Assembly (NCBI GenBank): GCA_049968255.1
Contig: JBMFRB010000006.1
Location: forward strand, 71,800-135,799
Direction of reading: 5' to 3'
Length of the DNA stretch: 64,000 nt
Source: Candidatus Sumerlaeaceae bacterium
Lineage (GTDB): Bacteria; Sumerlaeota; Sumerlaeia; Sumerlaeales; Sumerlaeaceae
Positions 59,801 through 64,000 of this stretch are shown one piece after another. How positions within the stretch are numbered: position 1 is the stretch's first letter; each line of letters starts with the position of its first letter. The notes under the pieces were generated by a model, which saw only the letters and a program-made list of their open reading frames with translations, ran no database searches and was not told the origin of the DNA. Made by a program: the position numbers and the translations under genes.

Positions 59801-60418
59801 GGGCTCATCGAGTCGTGGCGCGACAAACCTGAAGAGTATCCCCGGTGGCAGGCAGAGGTGCAACTCGATCATGTTCGCATTCCACCGCTAAGTCGTTGGG
59901 TTTTTCGCGACCCTAAACTCGTCGAGGGTTCGCTGACTGGGCGCATCGAGCTGCAAGGCATGAAAACCGACGTTCAGCGCCTAAAAGGAAAAGGACGTGT
60001 GAATCTGCTCCAGGTGGAAGTGGGAAGACTACCATTTATTCTGAAACTCTTTCAGATGGTAAACCTCACCCAAACACGGGGGCTCTTCGAAAAAGCAGCG
60101 TACAATTCCAAACATGAGGCGCATTTTTTGATTTCCGATGGTGTGATGACATGGGACCGGGTGGAACTGGAAACCGAGGGACTGCTGCTTGAGCTTCGAG
60201 GGCGCTACTTCTTAGAGGATCATCGGATAGACGCTCAAGTACGCTTGAATCTTTTCGAGTCGTCACTGCTGGGGGCCATCCCCGTCGTGGGCGATCTGGC
60301 GCGCATGGCCGATCGCACACTTGGAAAAGTCATTGTCGCATTCCGGGTGAGCGGTCCTGCGGCTCAACCTTCTATCACGCCAATCCCTCTGCCATTGTTC
60401 CAGTCTCCGACCCCCTAG
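56894..60418 (+). CDS. AsmA-like / DUF3971-type large periplasm-spanning protein
   Basis: N-terminal TM anchor, long amphipathic beta-rich repeats, and an AsmA_2-like C-terminus (LLGAIPVVGDL...FRVSGPAAQPSI). Confidence 0.8.
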   Translation: MGGKRRAQSKRDARENRRQRLRWRLAIMLAAALCLVVALLASVPVRFEAVPQRLQSFAKNQLGMELTLDGAELWLLPPRIVLEHPRLVPAPTGPGGEELRAERLEVSLNPLWWGFGFGKPLRSLLLVRPGPLQVRADGRGLQWPAPVQTLLERVSQKGAKERAFDVPLSFVEVRDATLSVLQGIDRTTALPVRRKRQSYETTLAAVLVSAFQMRELSGQRYALRCHGEITVRQAPSPFTIRGTFLGNSEFAGELESPAFRAYWPMGFRGSVATEAREMRMDLRVLRRDRESEFVADASVGALALVMPKHSIAYQDENVHVALRGSIDWGTHELVLMKGSIESPQIQFEATGRSQWDAGPSYEANLLGSRIGAPYIELLNGLLPRGFELNAGEGSVQANLHVSGEGPQLRSVVGKLTFSSVTLQTPHLHRAVRELKGELDFEPQRLVFHELAGKLGQATLTVGGELVGDYVTSRTGTLHLSWQSRADARELGELVQSAGTSVGHTSETIIPLGGMILSEGELTQIIEGDPNSWPAPSVSGKLIVQNLGFRHKALPAAVTEMNGELEIDNARVRFVSLHAKLGESQVVVSGELAGDRYFWQDPVLSATLAVAANASAWVQSFEPNLQSLINTYRPSGQLAATIQCLVPLASWQRAEITGSATLSQGGLEIATDDLVAKVANLSAEAAWDGKRFALRSFHGEVNGIRASASATVDGSRIALQLKAQGSLEQVQAMFPRMEPFAEIHGPALCDASVEILEGQAASDSAAQHQLLKLIAGVGPRVLRAYQNARIHVNGQVVAGNSSQGASFRHHAMPPARTLPYGISVPRGEITDIHGVLALKGTTIEVPENAPLRCAMADTPNCRLSGTIAFIPNHYPSLKFRVETTDEARFDTWLTGWGADFHPPARRGAPLKGKRFELGGTIVAPRATYKGEHVGQCSGELSYVYVSGEPPRRTEFRNVTIEGFGGIMRGYGLIESWRDKPEEYPRWQAEVQLDHVRIPPLSRWVFRDPKLVEGSLTGRIELQGMKTDVQRLKGKGRVNLLQVEVGRLPFILKLFQMVNLTQTRGLFEKAAYNSKHEAHFLISDGVMTWDRVELETEGLLLELRGRYFLEDHRIDAQVRLNLFESSLLGAIPVVGDLARMADRTLGKVIVAFRVSGPAAQPSITPIPLPLFQSPTP

Positions 60419-60535
60419 GGCGCGCTGAATGTAAGCGAAACAGGTCGCGTAGACTGCGAGGATGCCTGGAGAATTTCCCATAGATACTTTCAGACAGTTT
60501 CAGGACGAGCAGCAATTTTTGCGCCGAGGTAGGCC

Positions 60536-61966
60536 ATGAGAAAGAGCATTCTCGTGGTGGGCGGTGGCGTGGCTGGCTTGGCATGTGCGGCTCGACTGCT
60601 GGAGATCGAGCCAACCTGCGAAGTGACAGTGGTAGAAGCAGAAGAGCGGGTGGGGGGCCTCGCTTCACTGTGGCGCTGTCGAGAATTCTCAGCAGATCTA
60701 GGCCCGCATCGTGTTTACACAGAGCTTCCGGAAATCGCCGCACTGCTCCCGAAGCTCGTGGCGACTGAAGATGAAATCCAGGTTGAGCGGCGAAGCCAAC
60801 TGTATCTCGATGGGCATTATTATGCTTACCCTGTACGCGCAGGGGAGATCTTGCGAGTGATGGGGGCTTTGCGGCTTGGATATTACGGCGCCTCTGCGGC
60901 GCTGGGACAAATGAAGGCGTTGATGGGCAAGCCGCGAAGCTATGCAGATGCAATGCAACGCGCGTTCGGAAGAGCGCTCTACAAAAAAATTATCGAACCA
61001 TACACGCGAAAGGTCTGGAAGACGCCTCCCGAGCAATTGAGCGAAGAGGTGGCGCGAGTGCGGGTAAGCGCCGGAAATACGAACAAAATCGTGAAGCGCC
61101 TCTTGCATCGCCGCGATACGCCATCGCGCCCCACGGCGCTTGACCGTTTCACCTATATTCGTGGGGGCGTGGAGGGACTTGTTCATGCACTTGAAAGCAA
61201 GGTGTTGAGCCGTGGTGGGACGATCGAAACGGGACTTTGTGCGACAGCGTTCGAGCTGGATCAGGGCGGAGTGAAATCCGTTTGCGCCGAAGCGACAAGT
61301 GAGGAGGCGTCCGATGCACTGTTCGAAGCGAGTGCGGTGGTGTCTACCATGCCCATCACAGACCTTGTGGCGACGCTGGGTGCGCGCCTTGGCGAAGGAG
61401 CAGAAGCGGCACGTCAGCTCGAGTACGTAGGCATGATTCTCGTCGGAGTGGCACTGGCCAAACCGCAAATGTCGCTAAACACTTGGATTTACTTCCCTGA
61501 GGAGCATCTGGTTTTCAATCGTGCCTATGAACCGCGCAATTTTGATCCAAGCATGGCGCCCTCGGATCGCACCTTTGTTGTGTTTGAAATCACGGCGCGG
61601 CTAGATTCGCTGTTGTGGCAGACACCTGACGCTGATTTGCGCGATTTAGTTGTGCACGATGCTATTAGGGCGGGGCTTTTTTCAAAAGAGGACGTTTTGG
61701 AAACGTTCTCGAGACGTCTTTCCTATGCTTATCCGATTTATACGTTGGACTTTCGCCGGTATCTCGAACGGGTTTGCCAAGCGCTGAGCCAAGTTCCCAA
61801 TCTTCTCACGACGGGGCGCCAGGGACTCTTTAACCATAACAACATGGACCACTCTATGCTCATGGGGATTCGAGCCGCGGAGTGTGTGGTTGAGAATTAT
61901 CCGATTGCTGCGAAGGCATGGTATGATCATTTGGAACAGTTTGCTCATTTCCGGATTGTGGACTGA
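60536..61966 (+). CDS. FAD-dependent oxidoreductase (protoporphyrinogen oxidase/UDP-galactopyranose mutase-like)
   Basis: VVGGGVAGL, GGL...DLGPH, YTRKVW, WIYFPE, YAYPIY and GRQGLFNHNNMDHS. Confidence 0.85.
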   Translation: MRKSILVVGGGVAGLACAARLLEIEPTCEVTVVEAEERVGGLASLWRCREFSADLGPHRVYTELPEIAALLPKLVATEDEIQVERRSQLYLDGHYYAYPVRAGEILRVMGALRLGYYGASAALGQMKALMGKPRSYADAMQRAFGRALYKKIIEPYTRKVWKTPPEQLSEEVARVRVSAGNTNKIVKRLLHRRDTPSRPTALDRFTYIRGGVEGLVHALESKVLSRGGTIETGLCATAFELDQGGVKSVCAEATSEEASDALFEASAVVSTMPITDLVATLGARLGEGAEAARQLEYVGMILVGVALAKPQMSLNTWIYFPEEHLVFNRAYEPRNFDPSMAPSDRTFVVFEITARLDSLLWQTPDADLRDLVVHDAIRAGLFSKEDVLETFSRRLSYAYPIYTLDFRRYLERVCQALSQVPNLLTTGRQGLFNHNNMDHSMLMGIRAAECVVENYPIAAKAWYDHLEQFAHFRIVD

Positions 61967-61996
61967 GCACTGGGCGAGAAGGAGCGTGAGGCGGAT

Positions 61997-62302
61997 TTAG
62001 TCCGTGTCGCGCGGGAGAAGGGATGTCATTTCCTGCACCTGCTCAATCGTCCAACGATTTAGAAATTCGTGCAAGCGCACGAGTTGGCGTTCGTCGGGCT
62101 CAAAATCAATGATGCGACTGATTTGCCCACGTGCGTCAGGGATCTCAAAATGGAAAGTAGGAAGGGGAGCGCCCGCAGGGCCAAGAAAATAGGCCTCGAT
62201 GCGCTGGATGGCATCGCGCCGCGCATTGGCATCGAGTCCGATGCGAACGAAGCATTCGAACTCGTAGGTGAGATATTTTGCCTGCTCGCGGTCAATTTCC
62301 AT
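61997..62302 (-). CDS. Hypothetical protein (101 aa)
   Basis: Globular-looking ORF filling the gap downstream of larE on the same strand; no family recognised. Confidence 0.65.
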   Translation of the reverse strand: MEIDREQAKYLTYEFECFVRIGLDANARRDAIQRIEAYFLGPAGAPLPTFHFEIPDARGQISRIIDFEPDERQLVRLHEFLNRWTIEQVQEMTSLLPRDTD

Positions 62303-62344
62303 AGTCTAACGCTAGCGTAATCGGCCATCCAGTCGCAAGGTATT

Positions 62345-63217
62345 TTAGCTCCGGGATTCTCGAATGGGGGGGAAATGAGAGGGCATGGGCGCAGGAGCAT
62401 TGGCCAGAAGAGTCGCATTGAGACTGCCTGTGCGGTAGCCTAGCAGGTCGAGCGTTGTGTAAAGGAACCCGATGCGGCGAAATTCTTCAGCAATGCGTGG
62501 TGCCAAGCGATCGGTGAAAAGTCGCGGCATCTCCTCGGGAAGCAGTTCGATGCGCGCAATGGTATCGTGGTGCCGGACGCGCACTTGCGAGAACCCCAGA
62601 TCTTTAAGCAGTTGCTCGGCTGCGGCAATTTGTTCGAGCTTTTCGCGCGTGATGGGCGATCCATAAGGGACGCGCGAGGACAAGCATGCACCGGAAGGTT
62701 TATTCCAGGTGGGCAAATTGAGGGCCTGCGCCACTTCGCGGATCTCGTCCTTTGTCCAACCGTGTTCGAGCAACGGTGCCCACGTCCCGAGCTCATGGGC
62801 GGCTTGCATGCCGGGCCGATAGTCGCCGCGATCGTCCGCGTTTGTTCCCTCGACCACAGCCGCGCATCCCCATTTTTCGGCAAGTTCATGCAAGCGCACA
62901 AAAAGCTCGCGCTTACAAAAATAGCAGCGATTGACGGGGTTGCCGGCGTAATTTGGAATTGCGAGCTCGGAGTACTCGATGATGCGATGATTCCAGCCAC
63001 GTGTGCGTGCCAGCTCGCAAACAGCCTTAAATTCCTGGAGGGTGAGTGTTTCGCTTTTTGCGGTCACGGCGATGGCATGCTCAAATCCGAGCGCGCGATG
63101 GGCCACTTCTTGCAGGAGCGTCGAATCCACACCGCCCGATAGAGCGACGAGCACGCGCCGTCTTTGGCGAAATGCTTCCTCAAGGCGTTCGATTTTTTGG
63201 ACCAATTCAGGTCGCAT
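62345..63217 (-). CDS. larE: LarE family ATP-dependent sulfur transferase (TIGR00268)
   Basis: ALSGGVDS PP-loop, NRCYFCK, GTNADD..DYRPG, KPSGACLSSRVPYG and QVRVRHH; alternative start at 63229. Confidence 0.92.
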   Translation of the reverse strand: MRPELVQKIERLEEAFRQRRRVLVALSGGVDSTLLQEVAHRALGFEHAIAVTAKSETLTLQEFKAVCELARTRGWNHRIIEYSELAIPNYAGNPVNRCYFCKRELFVRLHELAEKWGCAAVVEGTNADDRGDYRPGMQAAHELGTWAPLLEHGWTKDEIREVAQALNLPTWNKPSGACLSSRVPYGSPITREKLEQIAAAEQLLKDLGFSQVRVRHHDTIARIELLPEEMPRLFTDRLAPRIAEEFRRIGFLYTTLDLLGYRTGSLNATLLANAPAPMPSHFPPIRESRS

Positions 63218-64000
63218 TCTGCCTCTCATCTACTTGCAGTTCCGTGGCTTGTTCACGCGGCGTCACAATGGTCGTGGCTTGTGGCCGAACGCGCAGCCAT
63301 TCTAAGTACTCGCTGAGCGCAGCTTCGAGCTCGCTTAGTGTCTCGATATGCATGAGGCGTTCCCGGAACGTTCGCGCACCGTGCAACCCGCGCAAATACT
63401 GGACTGTGTGCTTGCGCATCTCGAGAATGCCACGCCGTTGGCCTTTTGCTGCGACCATCATGCGCGTGTGCTCCAAAACGAGCGAGAAACGCTGCTCGAT
63501 GCTCACATCAAGCAAGTAAGCAGGCACGCGTACGACTGTTCGGCCGTAGCTCTCCTCACACTCGACCATTTGATCCGTGGGAACCTGCTTTTCGGAAGCG
63601 ATGCGCCCCTCGCAAAAATCGCGCATGGCGCGCTCGCAAGCGCGAAGTAGCCAGGGATTGCCTATGAGGCCACGGCCAATCATGATGGCGTCGCAGCGCG
63701 TCTCGCGGATCATGCGCACAGCGTCGGCCGGCGAGGTGATGTCGCCATTGCCAATGACAGGAATGCTCACGGCCTGCTTGAGTTCTGCGATGAGTCGCCA
63801 GTCGGCCGGGCCGCGATACCCCTGCTGGCGAGTTCGAGCGTGCAATGCCACAGCATCGGCGCCTTCGGCTTCGCAAATGCGGGCCAGTTCTATCGCAAGG
63901 ATTTGGCCATCCTCCCAGCCAGCCCGCATTTTCACTGTGACGGGAATGCGGACTGCGCGACGTAGAGCACGAACAATGGCAGCGACGCGTTGCGGATCTT
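63207..64000 (-). CDS. dusB: tRNA-dihydrouridine synthase (DusB-like), 5' end outside window
   Basis: Frame open to the window edge: ...IPVTVKMRAGW, ALHARTRQQGYRGPADW, IGNGDI, MIGRG..GNPW and MRKH. Confidence 0.9.
   Translation of the reverse strand, partial: DPQRVAAIVRALRRAVRIPVTVKMRAGWEDGQILAIELARICEAEGADAVALHARTRQQGYRGPADWRLIAELKQAVSIPVIGNGDITSPADAVRMIRETRCDAIMIGRGLIGNPWLLRACERAMRDFCEGRIASEKQVPTDQMVECEESYGRTVVRVPAYLLDVSIEQRFSLVLEHTRMMVAAKGQRRGILEMRKHTVQYLRGLHGARTFRERLMHIETLSELEAALSEYLEWLRVRPQATTIVTPREQATELQVDERQNAT

Noticed and set aside
1-64000. Prophage, IS, integron, anti-phage defence system, tRNA or rRNA
   Set aside because: No integrase, transposase, phage structural, nuclease/defence motifs or structural RNA signatures were recognised, and composition appears uniform by eye

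Overview
64 kb of ordinary, gene-dense chromosome from a diderm bacterium. It has LPS core glycosyltransferases, an AsmA-like protein, lipoproteins and FtsZ. Two A|FTLIELLIVVAII...PNFLEAQVRSKV...YDPTNGT prepilin-like paralogs suggest Candidatus Sumerlaeota (BRC1) or a relative; this is inference. I found no rRNA, tRNA, CRISPR array, integrase or IS. Housekeeping genes include ilvBN with a leader-peptide attenuator, waaF, ftsZ, clpX, pckA, malQ, nikR, lemA, htpX, argG, recX, larE and a partial dusB. They are interspersed with cell-envelope genes: four GT-C-type membrane glycosyltransferases, two golvesin-domain amidases, TolB-like and other beta-propellers, and a TPR protein. The best leads are: (1) nikR divergent from a pilin-like gene plus fmdE, with a palindrome on the pilin RBS, a possible Ni-regulated pilin-based metal scavenging unit; (2) a >900-aa secreted protein missing from the ORF track (<1..2723, minus), with a catalytically dead matrixin domain and TSP3 repeats, downstream of an OB-fold partner, a pilin and a GT-C; (3) two tandem tiny lipoproteins both ending in TVEK near a peptidoglycan amidase, possible Braun-lipoprotein analogues; (4) a stand-alone FtsZ with an altered T7 loop (NVEFSD) and an orphan GlgD-like pseudo-enzyme. 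All family calls come from motif recognition by eye, not database searches.
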